The notes beneath the pieces are model-generated. The model worked only from the letters and a program-made list of their open reading frames with translations, searched no databases and was not told where the DNA came from. A program made the position numbers and the translations under genes. Source: Candidatus Bathyarchaeia archaeon (lineage in GTDB: Archaea > Thermoproteota > Bathyarchaeia > Bathyarchaeales > Bathycorpusculaceae). From it: a stretch of DNA of 64,000 bases. The stretch lies in contig JBEKSS010000009.1 in assembly GCA_049516875.1 (NCBI GenBank), positions 1 through 64,000 on the forward strand. The letters run 5' to 3'. Position 1 is the stretch's first letter. Each line of letters starts with the position of its first letter. Shown one piece after another: positions 1 to 9,850 of the stretch.

Positions 1-335
<335 letters not shown>

Positions 336-486
336 GTCGGGCTATAGGTAGTGTCTGGACGATATGGTCGGTGAAGCTTCAGGTGCGGGCGAAAACGGGT
401 TTATGCATGGTGGTTATCGCTTCTTTCAAGGTTGGAGCGAACGTTTTTGAGGGTGCTGAATCCATGAGTAATGTTAGTGAAGCCGT

Positions 487-1350
487 GTGAATCTGATTTC
501 AAGGTTTGATCCTTGGCGTTCATGTTTGTGCACCTGTCCTTTCAAGTTGACTTTCAATCCTTACACTGGTTGCGATCACGGCTGCACGTACTGTTATGCT
601 TCAAGTTACGTGCCGAAGTTTTCTGTTTGCAGGCCTAAGAAGGACTTAATGCAGAGGTTGAGGAAGGAAGCCCGTAGACTGAACGGTGAGATATTGTCTA
701 TCTCTAATTCTTCGGATCCGTATCCTTTTCTGGAAGGCAAGATGGGGTTGATGCGAGATTGCTTGGGAATATTGTCCCAACACAAATGTAAGGTTCAGAT
801 AATCACAAAGTCTCCGTTGGTGACAAGGGACATCGACCTCCTGAGAAGGATTCCTTCGATGGTTTCTTTGACTGTCACGACGGACGACGACAGCACCGCT
901 AGGCTAATCGAGCCGCGTGCTCCGTCGCCTTCGGCACGTTTGAGGGCGGTCGAAACCTTGGTTGATGAGGGCATACCCGTGTCTGTGCGCGTAGACCCGG
1001 TTGTTCCGTTCGTGAACGATAATCCGGAAAGCTTGGTGAGGACGCTGGCTTCTGTTGGCGTGAGGCACGTTACGAGTTCGACGTTCAAGGTTAGGCCGGA
1101 CGCTTGGCGGAGGTTTAGCGCAGAGTTGCCTGAGGTTGCGGAGAAACTGAGGCCCTTGTACTTTGAAAAGGGTGAAGTGAAGGCTGGCTACCGTTACTTG
1201 CCGGGAGAGTTGAGGCTTTGGTTGATGGAGAGAGTGGGCGACTTGGCTAGGAAGTGTGGAATGAGGTTTGGCACGTGTAGGGAAGGTTTGAGCAGTTTGA
1301 ACACTGCGGTGTGCGATGGTTCATGGTTGTTGGACGAAGGGTTTTCCTAG
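487..1350 (+). CDS. Radical SAM protein (spore photoproduct lyase-like family)
   Basis: NPYTGCDHGCTYCYA CxxxCxxC motif, SDPYP, IITKS and RVDPVVP motifs. Confidence 0.85.
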   Translation: MNLISRFDPWRSCLCTCPFKLTFNPYTGCDHGCTYCYASSYVPKFSVCRPKKDLMQRLRKEARRLNGEILSISNSSDPYPFLEGKMGLMRDCLGILSQHKCKVQIITKSPLVTRDIDLLRRIPSMVSLTVTTDDDSTARLIEPRAPSPSARLRAVETLVDEGIPVSVRVDPVVPFVNDNPESLVRTLASVGVRHVTSSTFKVRPDAWRRFSAELPEVAEKLRPLYFEKGEVKAGYRYLPGELRLWLMERVGDLARKCGMRFGTCREGLSSLNTAVCDGSWLLDEGFS

Positions 1351-1661
1351 CTGGTTCGGGCTTGTGGTTTTTTCAGGTCTCTTTCTATGTAGTTTCTAGG
1401 TTGTGATGTTTGTGGTTGTTGGATGTGGATTTTGAATTCATAAGTGTTTTTAGTATACGCCGTTAAACTTGCTTGATCAGTTGGAATTGCTTCTTGAGTG
1501 GGATCCAAGGTAATTCCAGCGCACCAACAGGAGGGATATGCTTGGACGTAGCTTGGAGGCTACGGTTAATGAAGTGGATGCCGGCAATCTTAGCTGTAGC
1601 CATCGCCATGTGTGTTTGGCATTGGGGCGGCGGAAGATTAGACGTTTAGGGCTGAGGGACT

Positions 1662-1904
1662 ATGACGAGGGAAGCTGAAGCGGAGGCGTGGGTTCGTGGA
1701 AGCAGGCGGATTGTTCATAACCAGTGGCTCATAGAGGCACTGGTTGTTCTGGCACTTTTGGTGCCATTGCCGCTGGGCGCGACGATTTTCTGGGTTCTTA
1801 CTTCTCCGTTGATGATCCAGTGCATCGTCATTTTGTGGGCTGCTGCAACCATAGCATACATTGCGCTCTTCGTGCACACTAGGATGAGACAAGAAAAGCT
1901 TTGA
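1662..1904 (+). CDS. Small membrane protein (2-3 TM)
   Basis: ATG preceded by GAGGG; hydrophobic helices; T-rich tract after stop. Confidence 0.6.
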   Translation: MTREAEAEAWVRGSRRIVHNQWLIEALVVLALLVPLPLGATIFWVLTSPLMIQCIVILWAAATIAYIALFVHTRMRQEKL

Positions 1905-2015
1905 TTTTCTCCCTTTTTTTCTGTTTTGCGTGTATTGAGTATTGCTTAGAGTGTGGTTTTGTCTGGTTTTTTGGGATGTTGTTTGGCTCTGGCTTTGGCG
2001 GTTAATGTTGAGATT

Positions 2016-2070
2016 TGAGCCCTTGTGTTTGAGTACTCGATCCGCGATTTTTTTGAGGCTCAAAAGGTTG
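2016..2070 (+). repeat. Dispersed ~50-bp double-palindrome element, copy A
   Basis: TGAGCCCTTGTGTTTGAGTACTCGATCCGCGATTTTTTTGAGGCTCAAAAGGTTG; near-identical to 49462-49518 (+) and 47782-47828 (-). Confidence 0.9.
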
Positions 2071-2259
2071 ATGGGGCGTACATTGTTGGAAACGGCGGTT
2101 TTTGTTGGGCTTCCGTTGGAGAGTTGTGTTGCAGTTGTGTTGGGTTCGTTTTTTGCGCGTTTTGCCTGTGCTTGCACTGTTCGTGCGAGCAGGGGACTTC
2201 GTTGGCGTGAAGGTTTTTTAGGTGGAAGAACGAGTGAGTGGTTATCGTGGTGTGGCGTT

Positions 2260-2694
2260 ATGGTTTCAAATAAGCAGGTTCAAGCGGTTGTTGGTCATGT
2301 TGGAATTGAAGTTTCCAGTTTGAGTCGTTCGAGGAAGTTTTATGAGGCTTTGTTGGGTGGGCTTGGCTTTAAGATGATAATGGACTCTGAGGATGGGGTA
2401 GGATTCTCTAATCAGAGGTTTCAGGTTTGGGTGGGTGAGTTGCGGGAGTCGAGGGTTAGGCGTGAGGCTCCGACTGGAGAGGAGTTCGTGGTGGCGGATC
2501 ATCTGGCGATTCTTGTTCAGGACAAGGGAACTGTTGATGCTGTTGAGAGAAGAATGAAGAAGAAAGGGTTTGAAGCCCTTTTCCCGTGTGAAGAGCATCC
2601 GCAGTTTGAGCCAGGATATTATGCTGTGTCATTCTGTGACCCGGATAACTATGTGATCGAAATCTACACCAGACCAAAACCAAAGCGATTCTAG
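2260..2694 (+). CDS. VOC/glyoxalase family protein
   Basis: GHVGIEVS..SRKFY, DHLAI, YYAVSFCDPDNYVIEI; start moved to ATG 2260 because the upstream ORF extension is low-complexity. Confidence 0.85.
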   Translation: MVSNKQVQAVVGHVGIEVSSLSRSRKFYEALLGGLGFKMIMDSEDGVGFSNQRFQVWVGELRESRVRREAPTGEEFVVADHLAILVQDKGTVDAVERRMKKKGFEALFPCEEHPQFEPGYYAVSFCDPDNYVIEIYTRPKPKRF

Positions 2695-2852
2695 CCGGTC
2701 CCAGCCGATTGGCTATAAACTAGCCTCTTTCGCGTGTGCTATTGTTACAAGTTGATATGCGCGCTTCTTGCAGCTCTGTTCTAAGCTAAGAATTAAATAG
2801 CTAGTGAACTATACTGTAGATGGCAGGAGTAGAGACCTGTAGGATTTGAAAC

Positions 2853-3260
2853 ATGGTTTCCAAGAATGTTGAGATTGTTTTGAAGACTCTGAAGAGCAAT
2901 CCAAACCTCATGAAAGACCTGAATGACACCTTGCAGAAGATTTTTGACACGGCAAAGGTTGACTTATCGGACGAGGAGATGGCAGAGCTTTTCCGCACGA
3001 TGACTGAGTCTCTCATAATCGTTGACCCACAAAAAGGCATAATTATTATTGAAACCAAGCCCACGTCGCAAGAAAGCTATCAGAAAGACATGGAAAAAAG
3101 AAGAGAAGAAGGCACATTGGATTTTGAAATGTGGTTGAGACACGTTAAGAACTTAACGGGGCAGACAATCTTTCAAATGAATTTCAATCCTGACCTTATC
3201 AAAGAACGTGAATTGCAGGAAGAATACGCAAAGTGGAAAGGGATGAAGAGAAACGTATAG
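2853..3260 (+). CDS. Hypothetical protein; C-terminal ~60 aa homologous to 9200..9385
   Basis: Shared TLxFEMWLRHVKNxTGQ...RELQEEYAKWK block. Confidence 0.7.
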   Translation: MVSKNVEIVLKTLKSNPNLMKDLNDTLQKIFDTAKVDLSDEEMAELFRTMTESLIIVDPQKGIIIIETKPTSQESYQKDMEKRREEGTLDFEMWLRHVKNLTGQTIFQMNFNPDLIKERELQEEYAKWKGMKRNV

Positions 3261-3443
3261 AGAGCTAACCTCTTAGTCTGAACCCTAATCGGAATAAGAC
3301 ACCTCAGTTTTTCTACTTTCATAATCATGATATAGGCTGAAACGCGGTTTCATGTTCATGTAATCTACGCGGGCCTACCGACCCACCCTCTTTGCTAGCA
3401 CACATTAACCCATGAAAACACAAAAAGGCTGGCTTGGCTTAAC

Positions 3444-3695
3444 TCATGCAGGCCTCACTGCCTCAGGAGAGCTTCTTCCATGTGTTCCGACAAAGCGTTT
3501 TCTCTTGTTGTAAGCCAATGCAGCTAATACAATGCCGATAAGAATTAACGCTCCGCCGAAGAGCTGGCCCATCGGTTGGTTCTTGGTGTAGGACCATGTT
3601 GCCAACGCAACGCCAATAAGAAACAGCACTCCGCCAAAGAGTTCGCCTGCCGCTAGGCTATTCAAGCTTTTCCTCGCCTCCCGTCTTACGTTCAT
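3444..3695 (-). CDS. Small 2-TM membrane protein
   Basis: Two hydrophobic helices followed by a basic tail. Confidence 0.6.
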   Translation of the reverse strand: MNVRREARKSLNSLAAGELFGGVLFLIGVALATWSYTKNQPMGQLFGGALILIGIVLAALAYNKRKRFVGTHGRSSPEAVRPA

Positions 3696-3822
3696 AAACA
3701 GAAGAATAGCTTGCTGATAAGCTATTAACACCTTTTATGTCCAAAAAGCCTTGCTTTGCTGTTTTATGTGCGCCAAATAGAAAAGGTGAGGAGCAGTTCG
3801 CGCGTTTCTTCTGTCTGTGCTC

Positions 3823-4152
3823 TTACATGAACCCAATGTCGAGCAGTTTCAGGCCGGTGGCGATGCTGCCGTTGAATTCGAGTTTTCCGGTCATGAAGGC
3901 GTTGACAGCATTCAGTCTGCCGTTGACCAGGTCTACGAAGTCCGTGTCCATCATTTTGAGCGTGATGGCAGGCGAGGGGGCAACTCCCTCTTTTGTGTCG
4001 ATCTTCTGGTTTTTTATGGTTATGATCCAGTGGCCGCCGTTGGTGCCAGCGATGTCTACTTGGGCGACTGCTTCAAAATCTTTGGCCTTGTCGGGTTTGA
4101 ACTTGGTCGGCAGAACTTTTTCAAAGAATTCTTCAGGCGTTTTCACTTCCAT
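3823..4152 (-). CDS. SCP2 sterol/lipid-binding domain protein
   Basis: GGHWIITIKN, DFVDLVNGRLNAVNAFMTGKLEFNG typical of SCP2. Confidence 0.9.
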   Translation of the reverse strand: MEVKTPEEFFEKVLPTKFKPDKAKDFEAVAQVDIAGTNGGHWIITIKNQKIDTKEGVAPSPAITLKMMDTDFVDLVNGRLNAVNAFMTGKLEFNGSIATGLKLLDIGFM

Positions 4153-4255
4153 GTTCCTTTCACCTGCTAGGCTGGACAACTTTTACTTATGTGGAGCGCG
4201 GGGAGGTTAAATACGTTTGTAATGAGTCGTGTCACGTTGGAGCCTGTTTGGTCTT

Positions 4256-5014
4256 TTATATGAACAGGTCTTTTTCTCTTGGCCTGACGAGTTCTGCTGC
4301 TTTTGCGCCTTCGGCTTTTGGATAGTTGTATCCTCTGATTATGGCCGCTGGGATTCCTTCGTTTGCTTGTCCTATCGCGAGTTCTGCCGCGGAAGACAGT
4401 TCGTCGACGATTGCGGTTTGTTTTATTCGTAGGACGCGTCCGAAGAGGTCTTTTTCGCCTCTTCTGTCTCTTATGGGTTTCATTCCTGCAACGCCTATTG
4501 CCACGTTTATTTCGCCCATCCTCAATGGTCGTCCGTGAGTGTCGGAGACGATTACTGCTACTCTGCGTCCGGTGAGCTTTTTGATTTCTTGTCTGATCGT
4601 CTCTGCGGAACGGTCGGGGTCTTTCGGTAGCAGGGCCGCGTTCCGTTCTCCCTGCACGTTGGATCTGTCAACACCTGCGTTTGCGCAGACAAAGCCATGC
4701 TTGGTTTCTGTTATGAGGTTGCCATTGCCCATGCGCACGATACGTTTTGATTCTCGGAGGACAACTTCGACCAAGGCAGGATCCTTCTGGTACTCTTCGG
4801 CAATTTTCATGGCGAATTCGGATGGCTGAACCTTGTCAAGGTTCACGATGTTTCCTTCTGCACGTGAAACGACGACGTGGGTGACCACGAGTATATCCCC
4901 GTCCTGAATAGGGGTGCCCTGTTTTTTCGTTGCGTTGCAGACTAGTTCGCCCAACCGGTCTCCCTTCTTTATGATCGGCAAGCCTTCAACCGCGATTATC
5001 TGGATTGTGTTCAT
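4256..5014 (-). CDS. cofE: Coenzyme F420-0:L-glutamate ligase
   Basis: GLPIIKKGD, VVSRAEG, CANAGVDRSN, LPKDPDRSA, DTHGRPLR, DELSSAAEL motifs. Confidence 0.95.
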   Translation of the reverse strand: MNTIQIIAVEGLPIIKKGDRLGELVCNATKKQGTPIQDGDILVVTHVVVSRAEGNIVNLDKVQPSEFAMKIAEEYQKDPALVEVVLRESKRIVRMGNGNLITETKHGFVCANAGVDRSNVQGERNAALLPKDPDRSAETIRQEIKKLTGRRVAVIVSDTHGRPLRMGEINVAIGVAGMKPIRDRRGEKDLFGRVLRIKQTAIVDELSSAAELAIGQANEGIPAAIIRGYNYPKAEGAKAAELVRPREKDLFI

Positions 5015-5244
5015 GAGAAACATCTCGGTCATGAGTGTGTGGACATTACCTATTTTGGCGCAAAACTTAAGCTTATAGCTCGGTGGTTTTCCAAGAGGAG
5101 AATTGATGAGTGGCAAAGCGAGTTTTGCGGTTTCACTGGAGAAGAAGGTTGTTTAGCGGTGCGTGTATTGTCTCGTGCTTCAGAGTGTTGAAGGGAGAGC
5201 TTATGAGTTAGTCTTATGAGTGTTTGAGGTCATAGTGTTCGTTT

Positions 5245-6180
5245 GTGATGTTCATGGGACTTGTGGTGGCTCTTGCTGGCGGGGTAGGCGCTGCTAGGTT
5301 GTTGAGGGGGCTTGTTCGAGTCGTCTCGTGCGATGATCTTGTGATAGTCGGAAACACTGGTGACGATTTTGAGTTCTATGGGCTTCATGTTTGTCCAGAT
5401 CTGGATATAGTCATGTACACGTTGGCAGGGATTGTTGATGAGGCGAAGGGGTGGGGTGTCGCAGACGACACGTTCAGTTGTCTCGGAATGTTGGAGAAGC
5501 TTGGTTTTGAGACTTGGTTTAGGCTGGGCGATGGGGATCTTGCGGTTCAAATTGTTAGAACCAGACTGTTGAAAAGTGGTGGGGCTCTGTCCGAGGCGGT
5601 TGCTGAGCTTTGTCAGATGTTAGGAGTGAAGGCTAGGCTCGTGCCGATGAGTAACGATCCTGTGCGGACCGTGGTCTTGTCAGGCCGTATGCGCTTGGGT
5701 TTTCAAGAGTACTTTGTGAAGAGGGGAGCTAGGGATCAGGTTTCAGGCGTGTTGTTTGAAGGATGTGACGATGCAAAGCCTGCTCCAGGCATCATCGAGG
5801 CGATAGACGGTGCTGAACGCGTGGTCATATGTCCCAGCAACCCTGTCCTGAGTATTGATCCCATCCTCTCGATTCCGGCGATCAAGGATGGGTTGAAGAG
5901 CACGAGGGCTTACGTCGTTGGTGTCAGTCCGATCGTCGGTGGGAAGGCGGTTAAGGGGCCGGCTGACAGAATCATGTCCAGTCTTGGGCTTGAGCCTTCT
6001 GCCTATGGTGTGGCTAAATTCTACGAAGATTTTCTTGACCACATAGTCATAGATAATGCTGACGCATGCCAAAGGACGCGAATAGAAAGGCTCGGCACAA
6101 AAGTGACGGTGGCGGACACGATAATGAGGAATATTGAAAACGCTGTTTCTCTAGCCACAAAGGTGATGGATGCAGAGTGA
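5245..6180 (+). CDS. cofD: 2-phospho-L-lactate transferase
   Basis: LAGGVGAARL, NTGDD, CPDLDIVMYTLAG, WFRLGD, FQEYFV, PSNPVLSI, KGPAD. Confidence 0.95.
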   Translation: MMFMGLVVALAGGVGAARLLRGLVRVVSCDDLVIVGNTGDDFEFYGLHVCPDLDIVMYTLAGIVDEAKGWGVADDTFSCLGMLEKLGFETWFRLGDGDLAVQIVRTRLLKSGGALSEAVAELCQMLGVKARLVPMSNDPVRTVVLSGRMRLGFQEYFVKRGARDQVSGVLFEGCDDAKPAPGIIEAIDGAERVVICPSNPVLSIDPILSIPAIKDGLKSTRAYVVGVSPIVGGKAVKGPADRIMSSLGLEPSAYGVAKFYEDFLDHIVIDNADACQRTRIERLGTKVTVADTIMRNIENAVSLATKVMDAE

Positions 6181-6303
6181 CAAGAACCAAAGTGGACGAG
6201 ACACGGGTTCCATCTAAATCAATCTGCATAGTGACGGATCCGCAATCAATCAGCTTGGCAATCGCAGACCTGTCCGTATAATCTCGGCATGTCTAAAACA
6301 CGC

Positions 6304-6558
6304 CTAGGCCAAGTGTTCTAGGGCTTGGAACCCGACTAGCTGTAGCTTGCTTCCGCACTTGTTGCACTGAAGGATCACTTTTTCAAGGCAGTCTTCTTTC
6401 ACTCTTGTCTCCACGATTTTGTACGCGGTTTCAGATGTGTCGTCAGGAGATATCTTGGTGCCGCATTTCGGGCACTCGAACTCGCCTTTTCCCTTGATCT
6501 TGTCCAGATCTATGATGTAAGTCTCGTTTTCTTTAATATTTTTGATACTCACACTCAT
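6304..6558 (-). CDS. Small zinc-ribbon protein
   Basis: CPKCG...CNKCG cysteine pairs. Confidence 0.75.
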   Translation of the reverse strand: MSVSIKNIKENETYIIDLDKIKGKGEFECPKCGTKISPDDTSETAYKIVETRVKEDCLEKVILQCNKCGSKLQLVGFQALEHLA

Positions 6559-6847
6559 AAGGGCACACTCATAAGGGATTATGACATACGTCATATTTAA
6601 GCCTTAATGACAAACAAAGGCAACCCGTAGCTAGAGCGAATTTCGATAATACACGACTAAGCTTTAATTTTCGATGTGGAAGCCAGTTTTTATGCGCTTC
6701 GGCCAGTAAGAACAAGAGGCGCACGATCGATTTCACAAAGCAGAACTGATAACGATAACTGTTAACCAGGGACGAGCGTATGATACGGTCTTCTCTGAAA
6801 ATTTATATTCTAGAAACGGTTTTGTGATTGGATTGGAGAAGGTTATA

Positions 6848-8890
6848 ATGAGAAGTAACGTTGGTATAGGTATTGTTCTAATTGTCCTAATTCTTGCTGC
6901 TAGCCTCTTGAGTTCTACGTCAGTAGTGACAGCGCAACCTGTAACACTTGCTGATACTTTGTACTCTGTTATCAACAACGTTAATTGGGGTAGTGCAGAT
7001 TCATGGACGTCAACTTGGGGCACCATACTTGCGAACATGAACTTGTCCGCTTTTGACAGTGCTATAAGCCAGGATATCAGCAGCGGTAATTACGTTGACG
7101 CTTTGTACGTTGCTCGACTTGCAGATATCAACGGGTACAATTCAACGACAATCTCTGAATCTACTCAAACAGCGCTTCAGCAAATGGCTATGTGTGGGAG
7201 TCTGCCGATAAACGCTAACGCTCATAGCTACGGTGATCCGGATGTTTTGAATCAGGGTTGTTTTTTGGTTTACAGCCGGTTTCTTTTATGGGGATACGAG
7301 TATGCTGAGCAGTTTGGCTTGACGGGTAAGTGGGATAAGAACAAGGCGTTCGCGGATTTCGCGAGGATGTTTGACAAGCCACCAGTCGGAAGCACTGCGG
7401 GCGAGATGTTGTGGTGTGATCCGCAAGAGAATTGGGCTGACTCTTATTCGAGCAGGTATTATGATGAGCACGCTGAGACTTTGAGTGTTTTCTTGAAGTT
7501 CGCTGAAATGGGTGTTCCGGGAGCTATGGCCTATGCTGACAAGGCGTGGAACGGCGTGCAGAGCCATTGGAACGGTCAGTACTACGGTTACACGGGCACC
7601 TCGACTGTTGAGTGTGAGATGGGCAACTTTGCACAGGTTGTCGCTGAGTATATGCAGCAAAGTGGCGGAAACATTACAAACTGGGACAGGGTTATTCAAG
7701 ACTTGAACTACAAGCTGTTGGCGAACGGGTGGAGTTCACCAGGATGGGCGGCTCCAGGCGTCATCATTCATGCTCAGGGAGTTAACCCTCAGACCAGGCT
7801 CTGGGAAACGATGGGAGCGATGACGGCGTTACAAGAACTTTTTCCCTATTTCACGTCGAGCATGAAAACGAGTTTCGACAACCTTCTGATGGGCTCAGCT
7901 AAAGCGTGGCAAGGTTTGATGTCGAGTAACTTGAACAGCGGAGGACACTTCATAGGAGAAAGCGGTAGTCAACCGTCGAACGATGCGACTGTTTGCGCGG
8001 CGGCAATTCTGTTTCTCGACGGCATCGTGCCTGTCACGGGAAACCTGGCAATCCCGATGCGCGAAGAAAACTATGGCGATCACAGAACGTCTTTCCTCGC
8101 GTCAGAGTTTCAGTTTGATTACAACGGCCATAAGATCAGAATCCCGGTGAACGCGGGTCAACTGACCTTCATTTACGGGTCGGCACCTGTGAGCTACACC
8201 TTTCAAGCTAACGGTGTTTATGACGTTCAATTCTCGAGCGACTGGAATCAAATCACGAGCGTCAACGGTCAACCTGTAAAGGCCCAGGCGCCCTCTGCTC
8301 CACAGAACCTTAAAGCAACTGCAGGCAGTGCCCAAGTTACGCTGTCTTGGTCTGCACCACTGTCCGATGGCGGTTCTGCGATTACAAGCTACAACATCTA
8401 CAAGGGGACCGCGTCGGGCGCAGAGACGCTGTATATAGCGATAGCCAATGCGTTAACTTACACTGACACGGCGGTCGCGAACGGGCAAACCTACTATTAT
8501 AAAGTCACTGCGACTAATTCCGTCGGTGAGTCGGGTCCATCAAACGAGGCAAATGCAACGCCGTCTGCACCTAGCGTGAAGACTCTGAGTGTTGCTGTCG
8601 GAACGGATAAAGCGACGTATTCACGGTGGTCATACGTTTCCATAACAGTGACCGTTAAAGACAGTGCCACTGGAAAGCCGATACAAGGAGCGTCGGTTAA
8701 GGTCACGGTTTACTACCCCAGCGGTTCGGCTGTGTGGACTGGCCTTGGCACGACAGGCTCGAGCGGTACGGTTCGATTTAATTACAGGGTAGGCTGGAAC
8801 CCTCCGAAAGGAGCCTACAAGGTCGTTGCAACAGCGTCTTATACAGGGTACCCGACCGAAACTGGGCAAACAAAGTTCAACGTAGGTTAA
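6848..8890 (+). CDS. Secreted protein: possible glycoside-hydrolase-like N-terminal domain, FN3 domain and C-terminal Ig-like domain
   Basis: Signal peptide; PSAPQNL..VTLSWSAP..DGGSAITSYNIY..YYYKVTATNSVGES is FN3; the N-terminal domain assignment is inference. Confidence 0.8.
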   Translation: MRSNVGIGIVLIVLILAASLLSSTSVVTAQPVTLADTLYSVINNVNWGSADSWTSTWGTILANMNLSAFDSAISQDISSGNYVDALYVARLADINGYNSTTISESTQTALQQMAMCGSLPINANAHSYGDPDVLNQGCFLVYSRFLLWGYEYAEQFGLTGKWDKNKAFADFARMFDKPPVGSTAGEMLWCDPQENWADSYSSRYYDEHAETLSVFLKFAEMGVPGAMAYADKAWNGVQSHWNGQYYGYTGTSTVECEMGNFAQVVAEYMQQSGGNITNWDRVIQDLNYKLLANGWSSPGWAAPGVIIHAQGVNPQTRLWETMGAMTALQELFPYFTSSMKTSFDNLLMGSAKAWQGLMSSNLNSGGHFIGESGSQPSNDATVCAAAILFLDGIVPVTGNLAIPMREENYGDHRTSFLASEFQFDYNGHKIRIPVNAGQLTFIYGSAPVSYTFQANGVYDVQFSSDWNQITSVNGQPVKAQAPSAPQNLKATAGSAQVTLSWSAPLSDGGSAITSYNIYKGTASGAETLYIAIANALTYTDTAVANGQTYYYKVTATNSVGESGPSNEANATPSAPSVKTLSVAVGTDKATYSRWSYVSITVTVKDSATGKPIQGASVKVTVYYPSGSAVWTGLGTTGSSGTVRFNYRVGWNPPKGAYKVVATASYTGYPTETGQTKFNVG

Positions 8891-9199
8891 ACACTGTTCC
8901 CCGTTTTTTGTTGTTAGACCGCGCGATGGAACTGACAAGATGCCTTCCGCACGATGTTTTCCATGATGTCACTTCCAAACCTACGCAGGTCAAGGGTCGC
9001 TACTTTCCTGTCCATAATGGCGCCCTTCGATGATCTCGCGCGCGTTACGCCTGCCCTGTAGTAGATGCCTCTTTTCTTGGTTAGGGGCAGATCTTTCAGC
9101 CAAGGAAACATAGGCTTCCTGAACAGAGTGCTAATATGACATTGCTAATATACTTCGTAGTTGAATATAACATGTTGAAGTGCGCAGGAGTCAGAAGGA

Positions 9200-9385
9200 A
9201 TGAGCTATGAGGAGGAAATGAAAAAAGGAATAAGAGAACGCACTTTGACTTTTGAAATGTGGCTGAGACACGTTAAGAACATGACTGGGCAACAAATCTT
9301 TGAAATGAAAAGCGAGATCAATCGAGACCCTGCTAGAAACCGTGAATTGCAGGAAGAATACGCAAAGTGGAAGGAGAAGAAATGA
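9200..9385 (+). CDS. Small hypothetical protein, paralog of the C-terminus of 2853..3260
   Basis: GGAG/GAAGG upstream of ATG; protein and DNA similarity to 3100-3240. Confidence 0.75.
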   Translation: MSYEEEMKKGIRERTLTFEMWLRHVKNMTGQQIFEMKSEINRDPARNRELQEEYAKWKEKK

Positions 9386-9454
9386 AGCATAGCGCGCGTA
9401 TATGTCGCGCTTTCAAACGTGCTTAAAACATCTTTCGTTGTTTCGCTAGTGTGA

Positions 9455-9825
9455 ATGAAAGGGGGGCTAAGTCTTACCTCTAATATGCAATCATATTGGA
9501 CTCCTTGTTCTGTCAAAGATGCCTTGGCCCAAAACGGTATTTTTGCAGCAGTCACATTTTGTTTGCGCGCGACGATTGATTATGATTCCGTTCCTGCCAG
9601 AATAGTCAACGTGACCCATGTCATTTCTAGTCATGGTTCAGATTTCGTGAATGTCGATTATAGTGGTTCTTTGACGAGCGGCGTGGCCCCAGCGGCCAAA
9701 GTGCGGGTTCTGTCCGAGTTTGCGATTCCGATAGAAGTTGTGTTCACCGTACTTTGGCTGATTGAACTGTTGAGAGCCATTAGAAGCGAGGGAGTTAGCG
9801 TTGTTCGTCTGCCTGCGATTCTGCT
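9455..9825 (+). pseudogene. Probable fragment of a membrane-anchored protein gene
   Basis: Open frame with beta-rich segment then a TM helix (IPIEVVFTVLWLIELL); GCGCGC motifs at 9564 and 9825. Confidence 0.3.
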
Positions 9826-9850
9826 AGCGCGCGCTTTTTTTGTTTTTGGG

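Noticed and set aside
1569-1649. 26-aa hydrophobic ORF MKWMPAILAVAIAMCVWHWGGGRLDV
   Set aside because: Too short, with no independent support.
1942-2259. N-terminal extension of the VOC ORF and overlapping ORFs 1638..2177 and 2025..2210
   Set aside because: Products of a GT-skewed low-complexity spacer containing the dispersed repeat.
4256-6180. cofE/cofD as evidence of methanogenesis
   Set aside because: F420 biosynthesis is widespread in non-methanogenic archaea, and there are no mcr or mtr genes here.
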